Below, piece by piece: positions 1 through 9,356 of a stretch of DNA of 64,000 nt; the first letter of the stretch is position 1; every line of letters starts with the position of its first letter. The notes beneath the pieces were generated by a model. It saw only the letters and a list, made by a program, of their open reading frames with translations. It was not told where the DNA came from and made no database searches. The stretch lies in the NCBI GenBank assembly GCA_038245785.1, contig JBBRSB010000001.1, positions 82,725 to 146,724 of the forward strand. The letters run 5' to 3'. A program made the translations under genes and the position numbers. Source of the stretch: Gloeobacterales cyanobacterium. Its GTDB lineage: Bacteria; Cyanobacteriota; Cyanobacteriia; Gloeobacterales; PMM-0068.

Positions 1-2413
1 GTTGGATAGTCATTTCTAGAGCATGGGGTAGGACATCTGCCAGAAATTCCACAGGCACCAATTCCAATTTTGCCTTCACTTCCTTGGGCAGTTCTTCCAA
101 ATCCCGAATATTTCCTATGGGGAAGAGGACTTTTTTAATCCCTGTACGAGCCGCTGCTAAGGTTTTTTCCTTAAGTCCGCCAATCATCAGGGCTCTGCCG
201 CGTAGGGTGATTTCCCCAGTCATCGCAACGTCCCGCCGGACCGGATGTCCAGTGAGGGCGGAGATTAGGGCTGTAGCCATCGCTAGTCCGGCAGACGGAC
301 CATCTTTGGGCGTGGCTCCTTCGGGAATGTGGAAGTGGACATCCATTTCGCTGGGGAATTGGGTGGGGACCCCCAAGGCATCCCGATGGGCATGGATATA
401 GCTAAAGGCCGCCTGAGCTGATTCTTTCATCACATCCCCAAGCTGGCCTGTGAGTTGGAGTTTGCCTTTTCCAGGCATGACATTGACTTCTATTTGGAGC
501 GTACAACCCCCAAAAGGAGTCCAGGCCAATCCCGTACAGACCCCTACTTGGTCTTTAGACATAATTTCATCCTGGATGAACATGGGTTGCCCCAGATATT
601 TCTCCAGATTTTGCTCCGTGACCACTACTTTTTGCTTAGGCGCTTTGAGGATTTGCCGAGCTGCTTTGCGACACAAGGCTCCAATCGTCCGCTCTAGGGT
701 TCGTACGCCTGCCTCACGGGTGTATTCGCGCACAACACGCATCAGGGCCGGTTTCTGGATGATAAACCGGTCTTCTGTAAGGCCATGGCGACTGATTTGC
801 TTGGGAATCAGGTGACGACGGGCAATCGCCTCTTTTTCCAATTCTGTATAGCTAGAGAGGGTCACTACTTCCATCCGGTCTAGAAGCGGACTGGGAATCG
901 TGTCTATCGTATTGGCCGTACAGATGAAGAAAACTTCACTCAGGTCAAAGGGCAACTCGACAAAATGGTCACTGAAGTTGCTGTTTTGTTCTGGATCCAA
1001 CACTTCTAGAAGGGCAGCAGCGGGATCTCCCTGCATTGAATATGAGAGTTTATCTACCTCATCGAGCAACATGACAGGATTCTTTTCACCCACGTCTTTC
1101 AACGCTTGGATAATCCGTCCTGGCAATGCTCCGATATAGGTACGGCGATGTCCCCGAATCTCGGCTTCATCTCGGACGCCGCCTAAGCTGACTCGGACAA
1201 ACTTACGATTCAATCCTCGGGCGATCGATTGAGCCAGCGAAGTTTTACCTACCCCTGGTGGACCGACCAAGCAAAGAATAGTCGGAGAGATCCTGGCCGG
1301 AGGCAATACTGGTTCTTTACTCTGCGGAGTCTCTGTGGATTGCAGCGTATTTTGCTGGAGCAACTGACGAACAGCTAAAAATTCTGTTATCCGCTCTTTG
1401 ACCTTCTTCAACCCATGATGATCATTTTCGAGGATGCGTTCTGCCTCGTCCAAATCGAACGTTCCTTCTCCTCGCTTTTGCCAGGGTAAGCTGGCAATCC
1501 ACTCTAGATAGTTACGCAATACGCCAGATTCAGGACTAACCGAAGGCAGTTTTTCTAAGCGTTTAAGCTCACGTTCCACCTTGGTTCTAGAGGCTTCTGA
1601 TAAGCCAACTTGGTCTATGCGGATACGCAGCTCAGCATTCTCATCTAGCCCTTCACCCAATTCTTCTTGAATGATTTTCATCTGCTCACGCAGATAGTAT
1701 TCTTTCTGAGCTTGCTCAATCTGTCCTCGCACTTTTTCGTGAATATTGAATTCCAGATTGAGAAGTTCCAACTGACGATGCAAAAATTGACCGACTCTGG
1801 TCAAACGGCCATAGACACTGGTAGTTGAGAGCAGTTCTTGCTTTTGGGCTACATCAATTTGCAAGAACGAAGCCAAGAGGTCCGTGAGATGTTCGGGGTC
1901 TTCGATGCTCTTTACGGATTCAAAAGCCGATTCTGGCAGTTTTGGATGTCCTTGAACATAGCGACTGAAGTCTTCCAGCACAACTTTCTTGAGGGTCATC
2001 CATTCATCGACATCGGGGGTTTCTTCTTCCAGCAAAGGCGTGACAGAAACTTGATAAGAAGGGCTACGGCGGCGAATTTTATCAATTTTGACCCGTTCGA
2101 TCCCTTCTACCAGAACTTTGACAGAGCCATCGGGAAGCCGCATCATCTGATGGACTTGTACTAAAGTCCCTACCCGGTAAAGATCTTGGGCCTTGGGGTC
2201 CTCTACTTCGCTGTTCATCTGTGCTACCAGGACCAATTTTTCCTCATAGACGGTAACCGCTTCTTCTAGGGCCGCTAGAGAACGAGGCCGTCCAATCAGG
2301 AGCGGACACACCAGATGCGGAAAGACTACCGTGTCTCGCAAAGGCACCAGGGGATAGACATTAGCGGCTGGTGGAAGGGCCACAGACTTAACGGATTTAG
2401 TAGGCTTGGGCAC
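1..2413 (-). CDS. lon: ATP-dependent Lon protease (last few C-terminal codons run off the left edge)
   Basis: Absent from the ORF track because the frame stays open to position 1. My reverse-strand translation starts at a GTG at 2413: VPKPTKSV..YPLVPLRDTVVFPHLVCPLLIGRPRS (Lon N-domain). It also shows Walker A LVGPPGVGKTSLAQSIA (about 1230-1280) and the catalytic-serine motif PKDGPSAG (about 285-310). Confidence 0.9.
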   Translation of the reverse strand, partial: MPKPTKSVKSVALPPAANVYPLVPLRDTVVFPHLVCPLLIGRPRSLAALEEAVTVYEEKLVLVAQMNSEVEDPKAQDLYRVGTLVQVHQMMRLPDGSVKVLVEGIERVKIDKIRRRSPSYQVSVTPLLEEETPDVDEWMTLKKVVLEDFSRYVQGHPKLPESAFESVKSIEDPEHLTDLLASFLQIDVAQKQELLSTTSVYGRLTRVGQFLHRQLELLNLEFNIHEKVRGQIEQAQKEYYLREQMKIIQEELGEGLDENAELRIRIDQVGLSEASRTKVERELKRLEKLPSVSPESGVLRNYLEWIASLPWQKRGEGTFDLDEAERILENDHHGLKKVKERITEFLAVRQLLQQNTLQSTETPQSKEPVLPPARISPTILCLVGPPGVGKTSLAQSIARGLNRKFVRVSLGGVRDEAEIRGHRRTYIGALPGRIIQALKDVGEKNPVMLLDEVDKLSYSMQGDPAAALLEVLDPEQNSNFSDHFVELPFDLSEVFFICTANTIDTIPSPLLDRMEVVTLSSYTELEKEAIARRHLIPKQISRHGLTEDRFIIQKPALMRVVREYTREAGVRTLERTIGALCRKAARQILKAPKQKVVVTEQNLEKYLGQPMFIQDEIMSKDQVGVCTGLAWTPFGGCTLQIEVNVMPGKGKLQLTGQLGDVMKESAQAAFSYIHAHRDALGVPTQFPSEMDVHFHIPEGATPKDGPSAGLAMATALISALTGHPVRRDVAMTGEITLRGRALMIGGLKEKTLAAARTGIKKVLFPIGNIRDLEELPKEVKAKLELVPVEFLADVLPHALEMTIQ

Positions 2414-2879
2414 GGATGACCTTTGTTCTGCTGACTAGATCTTCAGAGCAGACTCTTCCATTGTATTTTCTGCTTGCACATGAGACTTATCTTTTCCGTG
2501 AAGGGAACCAGTGGGAGAGGATTTCAGGAATTTTTCTTCTGCATGTTTCCCAGTCGCTTGCGCTCATACAAACAACAGGAAATTCTTCTATAGACAGACC
2601 TGTAATATGTGTTGTAGTATCTGCACATCTCTATATTTCGGCCCCAATTTTCCATGAGTGTCACTTTAGCCATAGGAACTTTCTCTCTCTGCGCCTGGCA
2701 TCCAGCAACGATGCTGACTGGAGATTTTTTGGCATTTGGTTATGGGCTCAGCGGTCTAAATATTTCGCAGATTTCAGAAAGAGATTTTATTAGCAACCGA
2801 GAGAAAGAACCAGTGAAAGTGGAGGGATGGTCACGATGCAGGTGACCCCAAGCTAAATCAAGAAGACTAAAGACTTTTT

Positions 2880-2918
2880 GACCCCCCGCTTCTCAGAACT
2901 GAAGAGGGGGGTCTTTTT
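2880..2918 (+). terminator. Rho-independent terminator-like hairpin abutting the HNH gene
   Basis: GACCCCCCgCTTCtcagaactGAAGaGGGGGGTC followed directly by TTTTT (2914-2918). The T-run is only on the + strand. Confidence 0.6.
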
Positions 2919-3467
2919 ATGGCTAATCGAGGAGTGCAGGAGATGAATGACATACAGCAAGGCGCAAGACGGTTGGTAATAGTTTTCTCTACCAACTATC
3001 TACCTTTGAGCCGGATCGATATCCGTAGAGCGATCATTCTCTTGGTTTCTGGTAAGGCGCAGGACTTGGATTATGGGCAAGGCAGGGGCTGGACGGTGCG
3101 TTCTGCCAGGGCTAATTTTTATGTCCCTGAGCACATTCGGCTTCTTTCTCGCGCTGGTGAGCGTTTATGGAAGGTGCCTGCGGTCAATCGCAGGGAAGTC
3201 TTCCGTCGAGACATGCATAGCTGCCAGTACTGCGGTTCCAAGCACAATCTGACCCTGGACCATGTTTTTCCTCGCTCTCGGGGCGGCACCCACACCTGGA
3301 ACAACGTAGTCACCGCCTGCTCTACCTGTAACCAGTTCAAAAGTGACCGCACCCCTGAAGAAGCAGGCATGGTGCTTCCTAAAAAGCTCACGGCCCCCAT
3401 GCACCCAGCGGTCGCTTTTGCCGACCAGTTCTGGCAAGAGCAGCAAGCAGCCATGTCTAACGTTTAA
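2919..3467 (+). CDS. HNH endonuclease
   Basis: HSCQYCG..LTLDHVFPRSRGGTHTWNNVVTACSTCNQFK is an HNH/ββα-Me motif with paired Cys. An alternative start is the ATG at 2943, preceded by GCAGGAG. Confidence 0.85.
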   Translation: MANRGVQEMNDIQQGARRLVIVFSTNYLPLSRIDIRRAIILLVSGKAQDLDYGQGRGWTVRSARANFYVPEHIRLLSRAGERLWKVPAVNRREVFRRDMHSCQYCGSKHNLTLDHVFPRSRGGTHTWNNVVTACSTCNQFKSDRTPEEAGMVLPKKLTAPMHPAVAFADQFWQEQQAAMSNV

Positions 3468-3482
3468 GCCCCATCGCGTGAG

Positions 3483-3857
3483 GTGAAACCCATGTTGAAA
3501 ATCGTTTACACCGCCGATAGCATCACGGTCACCTGCTTGGCTGGTCGCTTGGAGCGTATCGTGGCGCAACGGTCTGTTCTTTCTGTGCGGCTAGGTGAAT
3601 CTTTCCATATTCAGCAAGGCATTGCTACGCTTTTGCTCCCTTTGGATCTTGCGGGCATTGAAGAGCTAGGAGCTGAGTTGAACCCTTATCCGGTGGACGC
3701 TGAATTTTTAGAAGTCTCTTTGCCAGGAATCTGGTTAACCCAGGACCTTGAGGCTCAAGCAGGCGTGTTCTTGTCTGTACTACAACCAACAACGGAAGTA
3801 GTGCTGAATACGCTCTGGCAAAAGGCCCAGCTATTGGCAGCTTCTTCACGTTTCTAG
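3483..3857 (+). CDS. hypothetical protein
   Basis: 124-aa ORF tightly following the HNH gene. GAGG precedes an internal ATG at 3492. No motif recognised. Confidence 0.55.
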   Translation: MKPMLKIVYTADSITVTCLAGRLERIVAQRSVLSVRLGESFHIQQGIATLLLPLDLAGIEELGAELNPYPVDAEFLEVSLPGIWLTQDLEAQAGVFLSVLQPTTEVVLNTLWQKAQLLAASSRF

Positions 3858-3905
3858 AAGCCAAAGGGTAAGTCACAATAGAACCTAGTGCATAAGGCAA
3901 TAAAA

Positions 3906-4574
3906 ATGGTCAGCACAGCGAAACGGATTGAGGCTAGCCCTTTCGGCGAAAGACGAGTGACGATTCATCACCTAAATTGGCAAGCCTATCAGCAAATTTT
4001 GACAGCTCTTCCCGAAACCCGCGCTACTCGCCTCACCTACGATCATGGAACGCTGGAGATCAGTATGCCGTTGGAAGATCATGAATTTGCCGTCCGTCTG
4101 ATTGAACTTTTCATTCGGATTCTGGTGGTGGAAATGGGCTTGAAGCTCAAAACCATGGGATCTACAACGCTTGATCGCGAAGATTTACAGCGAGGATCAG
4201 AACCCGATAATGCCTACTACATCCAAAATCAGCCCAAAGTTGCTGGTCGCAATGTTGACATTACTCAAGACCCACCGCCTGACTTAATTGTTGAGGTGGA
4301 TATCACTCATACAGACATTAATAAAAATGCTCTCTACGCCAGCATGGGTGTTCCTGAGTTTTGGCGATTCAATGGACAAACGTGGCGAATTTTCAAATTA
4401 ATGGAAAAAAGATACGAGGAAGTTGACCATAGCCCAACTTTTTCCTGGGTAGAAAAGGTGCAGCTTTATAATTTTTTGGAACAAGCTCAGCTTGATGAAG
4501 TTGAAGCAGAAATAAGCTTTCGTAATCAAGTTAGACAATGGTTAGCAAATCAGACAAAACAAACAGATAGCTAA
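3906..4574 (+). CDS. Uma2 family (DUF820) putative endonuclease
   Basis: The layout ..EISMPLEDHE..GSEPDNAYY..PPDLIVEVDITHTD..YASMGVPEFWRF is typical of Uma2/DUF820 PD-(D/E)XK proteins. Start placed at ATG 3906 (MVSTAK). Confidence 0.85.
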   Translation: MVSTAKRIEASPFGERRVTIHHLNWQAYQQILTALPETRATRLTYDHGTLEISMPLEDHEFAVRLIELFIRILVVEMGLKLKTMGSTTLDREDLQRGSEPDNAYYIQNQPKVAGRNVDITQDPPPDLIVEVDITHTDINKNALYASMGVPEFWRFNGQTWRIFKLMEKRYEEVDHSPTFSWVEKVQLYNFLEQAQLDEVEAEISFRNQVRQWLANQTKQTDS

Positions 4575-4889
4575 AGAACGTCGAAGGATGCTCGAACAGT
4601 CGCTGCTTCTCTGGTGATTTCCATAGTTCCTTCTTAACTGACTGGACCCCACGGTTAGCTGCTACTTCGAGACAATTTTTTGGTGGTCTGAATTTATCGG
4701 CATAATAAAAGCATCCTTCAATGCCGTTAAACCGCCGTTAAATGTTAATTCCCTTTGAGCCCAGATTTACGATTACACCCAGGGTAGCCAACGCATCTTA
4801 GTCTCAGAAAAACTGATCCAAACCCTCCACGCGCTGGTAATGGCTGGTGGACGGACGCTTGCAACCTCAAAAGCAATCAAGGAGGAGCT

Positions 4890-5129
4890 TCACTGGAGAA
4901 CTTCCCAGGCGCTTTCAGGGAGAACGGGAGCGACCACATCGCCTAGGATTTCACCTGTGTCTTTCATAAATCCAAAGGCGGGACGTTGTGGGCGAGCCGC
5001 AGACTCAGACTGGGGGGAAGTGTCTTTTTTCATGTCGTTTTTTAACGATTTCAGGATCGTTTCAATGATGGTGATTCGCTCCTCAATCGAGACATTTTGC
5101 AGCTTTTCAAGGGTTTCTGAGTCAATCAT
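4890..5129 (-). CDS. type II antitoxin-like protein (orphan)
   Basis: The C-terminus PAFGFMKDTGEILGDVVAPVLPESAWEVLQ is typical of cyanobacterial VapB-class antitoxins. AGGAG lies 7 nt upstream of the ATG at 5129. The stop overlaps (GTGA) a 9-codon PIN-like stub. Confidence 0.6.
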   Translation of the reverse strand: MIDSETLEKLQNVSIEERITIIETILKSLKNDMKKDTSPQSESAARPQRPAFGFMKDTGEILGDVVAPVLPESAWEVLQ

Positions 5130-5220
5130 GTCTTTGCTCCTGAGTCGAATCACTCAATTCATGCCTCAATTCTAGTCTTTATCGTGGTTCTGACGGGAGC
5201 ACCGCTAAGTCAATCAAGCC

Positions 5221-7287
5221 TCAAACCTCCATCCCTAAGGTCTTCACCAAAAAAGCCCAGCGGTCAGCAGCTTCTTCAATCACCTTAGTTGTAGGTTTTC
5301 CTGCTCCATGACCCGCCTTCGTCTCAATGCGAATCAGGACAGGAGCTTCGCCCTGATGAGTTTCCTGAAGGGCCGCAGCGAACTTAAAACTATGGGCTGG
5401 TACTACACGGTCGTCATGGTCTGCAGTGGTAACGAGGGTTGCAGGATAAGCCGTGCCTGGTTTTAGGTTATGTAAAGGAGAGTAAGCGTAGAGCGCCTTG
5501 AATTCTTCTGCATCATCCGAAGAACCATAGTCCGCCACCCAAGCCCAGCCAATCGTGAACTTCTGGAAGCGCAGCATATCCATAACGCCAACAGCCGGTA
5601 AGGCAGCGCAGAATAAATCGGGCCGTTGGGTCATGCAGGCTCCAACCAAAAGACCACCATTGCTTCCTCCTCCGATAGCAAGCTTGGTCGGGGAAGTGTA
5701 TTGATGGGCAATCAGCCATTCTGCAGCTGCAATAAAGTCATCAAAAACGTTTTGCTTCTTGAGCTTTACCCCCGCCTGGTGCCAATCTTCGCCATATTCA
5801 CCGCCACCCCGCAGATTCGGAAGGGCATAGACTCCACCCATTTCCATCCAAACCAAACTACTTACAGAAAAACCCGGCGTCATCGAAGCATTAAAGCCTC
5901 CATAGCCATAGAGATAGGTCGGATTATTTCCATCTAGCTTCAAGCCCTTTTTATGGGTGATAAACATCGGTACTTTAGTCCCATCTTTGCTCTTATAAAA
6001 GACTTGTTTGGTCTCATAAGCGTTGGGGTCAAAATCTACGTTTGGTTGTCGGAAGATAGTGCTTGTTCCACTCACCATGTCATAGCGATAAATGGCATTG
6101 GGTGTAGTAAAACCAGTGAAACTATAAAAGGTTTCTGTATCCGCTCTTTTACCTCCAAAGCCACCTGCAGAGCCCAGCCCCGGCAATAGAACTTCTCGTA
6201 CAAAAGAGCCATCTAGATTAAAAATCTTGATTTGGGTATGGGCATCTTTTAGATAGGAAGCGACAAACTGATGATTTAAAACACCAATCCCGCCTAGGGT
6301 CTCTGCCGCTTGCGGAATAATTTCTCGCCAGTTTTTTTGGCTAGGGTTACTAATATCAAGGGCAATGGCACGACCACGGGGTGCCTCTAAGTCTGTCTGA
6401 AACCAAAATACAGTCCCCTCATGGTCAATAAAACTGTAATTGGCTTCAAAGCGATTAATCAGTTCTACAACAGGGGCATCAGTCATGGATAAATCTTTGT
6501 AGAAAACTAAGTTCTTGGAGTCTGTCCCTTTCCAAACTGAAATGATTAAATAGGTTCCATCTTCCGTGACATCACCACTAAAGCCCCACTCTTTCTGATC
6601 AGGACGTTCATAAACTAAGATATCTTCAGACTGGAGAGTGCCTAAATGATGATAAAAGAGCTTCTGAAAATAGTTAGCATCTTGTAGTTTGGTGGTTTCG
6701 TTGGGTTCGTCGTAGCGGCTATAGAAAAACCCTTTACTATCTTGGGTCCAGGAAGCTCCGGAGAACTTACTCCACTTCAGATAATCCGCTAAGTCTCGGC
6801 CTGATTCCACTTCCCGCACCTTCCATTCTTGCCAATCAGAACCGGAAGTGGATAAGCTGTAGGCCAAAAATTTTCCATTCTCGCTAATCGACAGGCCCGC
6901 AAGTGCTACCGTTCCATCTTCGGAGAGGGTGTTCGGGTCTAGTAGTACGGTCGGTTCACCCTCCAGATTGGTCAGCGTGTAAAGGACACTCTGGTTTTGC
7001 AGTCCGTCATTTTTGAAGTAGAAATAGCGCTCACCCTTTTTAAAAGGCACCCCATACTTCTCATAATCCCAAAGTTGGGTCAGACGCTCTTTGATGCGTT
7101 CACGGGCAGGAATGGCTTCAAGATAGGCGAAAGTGACTTTATTCTCCGCTTCTACCCAGGCTTTAGTCTCTTCTGAATCCGGGTCTTCCAGCCAACGGTA
7201 TGGGTCCGATACTGGAGTTCCATGATAATCATCGACATGTTCAACTTTGGCGGCTTGTGGATAGACCAGCGGGAGATCAGGGTTCAT
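5221..7287 (-). CDS. prolyl oligopeptidase (S9A serine peptidase)
   Basis: 688 aa with a β-propeller N-region and GGSNGGLL nucleophile elbow. The C-terminal region ADHDDRVVPAHSFKF fits the Asp/His triad. Confidence 0.92.
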   Translation of the reverse strand: MNPDLPLVYPQAAKVEHVDDYHGTPVSDPYRWLEDPDSEETKAWVEAENKVTFAYLEAIPARERIKERLTQLWDYEKYGVPFKKGERYFYFKNDGLQNQSVLYTLTNLEGEPTVLLDPNTLSEDGTVALAGLSISENGKFLAYSLSTSGSDWQEWKVREVESGRDLADYLKWSKFSGASWTQDSKGFFYSRYDEPNETTKLQDANYFQKLFYHHLGTLQSEDILVYERPDQKEWGFSGDVTEDGTYLIISVWKGTDSKNLVFYKDLSMTDAPVVELINRFEANYSFIDHEGTVFWFQTDLEAPRGRAIALDISNPSQKNWREIIPQAAETLGGIGVLNHQFVASYLKDAHTQIKIFNLDGSFVREVLLPGLGSAGGFGGKRADTETFYSFTGFTTPNAIYRYDMVSGTSTIFRQPNVDFDPNAYETKQVFYKSKDGTKVPMFITHKKGLKLDGNNPTYLYGYGGFNASMTPGFSVSSLVWMEMGGVYALPNLRGGGEYGEDWHQAGVKLKKQNVFDDFIAAAEWLIAHQYTSPTKLAIGGGSNGGLLVGACMTQRPDLFCAALPAVGVMDMLRFQKFTIGWAWVADYGSSDDAEEFKALYAYSPLHNLKPGTAYPATLVTTADHDDRVVPAHSFKFAAALQETHQGEAPVLIRIETKAGHGAGKPTTKVIEEAADRWAFLVKTLGMEV

Positions 7288-7398
7288 GGATACCGAAAAA
7301 TGCAGCAGGCACTTCTTAAGGCTATCGTCCGAACGCTGATCTAGCCAACTTCCACTGCTACAATGACGGGCCGAAGCTTAGTTGCCTGTGGATTAATC

Positions 7399-8196
7399 AT
7401 GGCTGGACACAGTAAATGGGCGAATATCAAGCGCCAGAAAGCACGGGTGGACTCCGCGCGAGGCAGGGTCTTCACCAAAGTTTCCCGTGAGATCATTGTG
7501 GCGGCTCGTAGTGGAGAGGCAGACCCAGCCGCCAATTTTCAACTGCGGACCGCCATCGAAAAAGCAAAAGCAGCAGGGATTCCTAATGACAACATCGAGC
7601 GCTCGATTGCTAAAGGCAGCGGCACGTTTGGCGGAAATGATGCCTTGGAAGCGATTCGCTATGAAGGCTATGGTCCTGGGGGCGTCGCCGTGTTGATTGA
7701 AGCCTTGACCGATAATCGCAACCGGACGGCGGCTGACCTGCGTTCGGCCTTTGGTAAGAATGGGGGCAACTTGGGAGAAACGGGCTGTGTCGGTTGGATG
7801 TTTGAGAAAAAAGGAGTGGCCGTCGTCTATGCGCCCTTAGATGCCAAGGGCCGAAGTCAGGAGTTGGATGAAGCGGCACTCCTAGAAGAGGTCCTTGAAG
7901 CAGACGCCGAATCCTATGAGCTCTTTGAAGATGAAGACGCCGATGCCATGGGAGCCGAAGTATTCACCACCGTCGAGCATCTGGAAGCCCTTTCACAAGT
8001 CCTCAGTGCCCAGGGCTACCGCGTCACCAGTGAAGAACGTTGGATTGCCAATAATCAAGTGAGTGTCATGGACCCAGAGCAAGCTCGATTGCTCCTGCGG
8101 CTAATGGATACGCTGGAAGAGCTAGATGATATTCAGAGCGTTACCGCTAATTTTGAGATGGCGGATGATCTTATGGCTTTGAGCATGAACGGATAA
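7399..8196 (+). CDS. YebC/PmpR family DNA-binding transcriptional regulator
   Basis: MAGHSKWANIKRQKARVDSARGRVFTK is the canonical N-terminus. Start moved to ATG 7399. Confidence 0.92.
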   Translation: MAGHSKWANIKRQKARVDSARGRVFTKVSREIIVAARSGEADPAANFQLRTAIEKAKAAGIPNDNIERSIAKGSGTFGGNDALEAIRYEGYGPGGVAVLIEALTDNRNRTAADLRSAFGKNGGNLGETGCVGWMFEKKGVAVVYAPLDAKGRSQELDEAALLEEVLEADAESYELFEDEDADAMGAEVFTTVEHLEALSQVLSAQGYRVTSEERWIANNQVSVMDPEQARLLLRLMDTLEELDDIQSVTANFEMADDLMALSMNG

Positions 8197-8241
8197 CTTT
8201 TTAAGTTCCACAAACGATAGAAAGAGCTAAACTTCACATCT

Positions 8242-8652
8242 ATGAACATTCCTATTCAACAGATTGCCGTCGCCGTGATCGTGCATCAAGGCAAAATTTT
8301 GATTGACCAGCGCCCTCCAGGGGGCGTTTTAGCAGGACTGTGGGAATTTCCAGGAGGCAAAATTGAAGCCTCCGAAACCGCAGAGCAGTGTGCAGTGCGA
8401 GAAGCCCGAGAAGAAGTTGGGCTGACGATTAAGACAGAAGCCTTTATTGCGGCCGTAGAACACGACTATGGCGACAAAATAGTTCAGCTACAGGCCTATT
8501 TGTGTCGCGTTCTCAGCGGAGAAGCCCAAGCCCTAGAATGCAGTGCAGTGCGCTGGATTCTCCCTGAAGAACTAGAGAAATATCCATTTCCACCCCTAAA
8601 TGCCCAGCTCATTAAACCAATTCGTCTAACGCTTAATGCTCTAAAATCCTAG
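8242..8652 (+). CDS. mutT: 8-oxo-dGTP diphosphatase (Nudix, MutT-like)
   Basis: Nudix box GGKIEASETAEQCAVREAREEVGL. Confidence 0.85.
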   Translation: MNIPIQQIAVAVIVHQGKILIDQRPPGGVLAGLWEFPGGKIEASETAEQCAVREAREEVGLTIKTEAFIAAVEHDYGDKIVQLQAYLCRVLSGEAQALECSAVRWILPEELEKYPFPPLNAQLIKPIRLTLNALKS

Positions 8653-8655
8653 CCT
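8616..8655 (+). repeat. 40-bp direct repeat, copy A (3' end of mutT)
   Basis: ACCAATTCGTCTAACGCTTAATGCTCTAAAATCCTAGCCT. It matches 9998-10037 at 34 of 40 positions by hand alignment. Confidence 0.85.
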
Positions 8656-8785
8656 TTGGGTCGAGGTAGGCTCACCAAGAAAGAGCCGTTTTCATCAGAG
8701 AACATCCAACATGGAAATTCATTATCAAAGGATAAGAATAGGGTTTTGTCCCCAACTGGAGGTAATTGACCAATGGCTAAAATAG
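8645..8785 (+). pseudogene. xisH 3' remnant
   Basis: An open frame ending ..MEIHYQRIRIGFCPQLEVIDQWLK* overlaps the xisI ATG. The tail resembles the XisH C-terminus as I recall it (..KLIVYNxxQEVIVQW), and xisH-xisI pairs normally overlap. No N-terminal part is present. Confidence 0.5.
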
Positions 8786-9108
8786 ATCAATACCGAGAGA
8801 TTGTGCAAAAACTTCTGCAAGACTATGCCGACTTTAGCCGGGATGACTCAGAAGTCGAAACTGAACTCATTTGCGATGCGACTAGAGATCATTACCAACT
8901 TGTTCATGTTGGTTGGCAAGGCGAGCGACGAGTCTATGGTTGCATTTTACACTTAGATATCAAAGACGAAAAAATCTGGATCCAACATAACGGTACAGAA
9001 AACGATATTGCGGAAGAACTCGTAGATATGGGTATTCCCAAAACCGATATCGTGATTGGCTTTCATTCTGCTTTCAAACGCCAGTTTACAGAATATGCCG
9101 TCAGTTAA
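8773..9108 (+). CDS. xisI: XisI (fdxN-element excision controlling factor family)
   Basis: YREIVQKLLQDYA..DHYQLVHVGWQGERRVYGCILHLDIKDEKIWIQHNGTE..ELVDMGIPKTDIVIGFH is a full-length XisI pattern. Confidence 0.9.
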   Translation: MAKIDQYREIVQKLLQDYADFSRDDSEVETELICDATRDHYQLVHVGWQGERRVYGCILHLDIKDEKIWIQHNGTENDIAEELVDMGIPKTDIVIGFHSAFKRQFTEYAVS

Positions 9109-9122
9109 TTAGAGGAAACCTT

Positions 9123-9356
9123 GTGAACATCATTAAACTCTTAAAAGACAACGAACATCAGTTCATCGATCTGCCCCAGAGTTATCAAATTGAGGGCGAA
9201 GAAGCTTATATCAAAAAAGTTGGCAACGTCATCCTTCTGATTCCCAAAGATAATCCCTGGCAAACCCTATTCAACAGCCTAGAATTGTTCTCCGATGACT
9301 TTATGGAACAGCGAAAACAGCCAGCCCAGCCAGAACGGGAGACATTATTTGAATGA
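9123..9356 (+). CDS. vapB: VapB-type antitoxin (AbrB/SpoVT-like)
   Basis: 77 aa with a GTG start after GAGGA. Its stop overlaps the vapC start (ATGA at 9353-9356). The pattern QFIDLPQSYQIEG.EAYIKKVGNVILLIP is swapped-hairpin-like. Confidence 0.75.
   Translation: MNIIKLLKDNEHQFIDLPQSYQIEGEEAYIKKVGNVILLIPKDNPWQTLFNSLELFSDDFMEQRKQPAQPERETLFE

Noticed and set aside
84-2164. Plus-strand ORFs listed in the track at 84-401, 450-815, 900-1139 and 1838-2164.
   Set aside because: All overlap the minus-strand Lon protease frame. That frame carries unmistakable Walker A and PKDGPSAG motifs.
2654-2845. 63-aa ORF upstream of the terminator hairpin (MSVTLAIGTFSLCAW..).
   Set aside because: It has no clear ribosome-binding site, no recognisable family and a mixed hydrophobic/charged composition. 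It is kept only as a possibility inside the leader-region finding.
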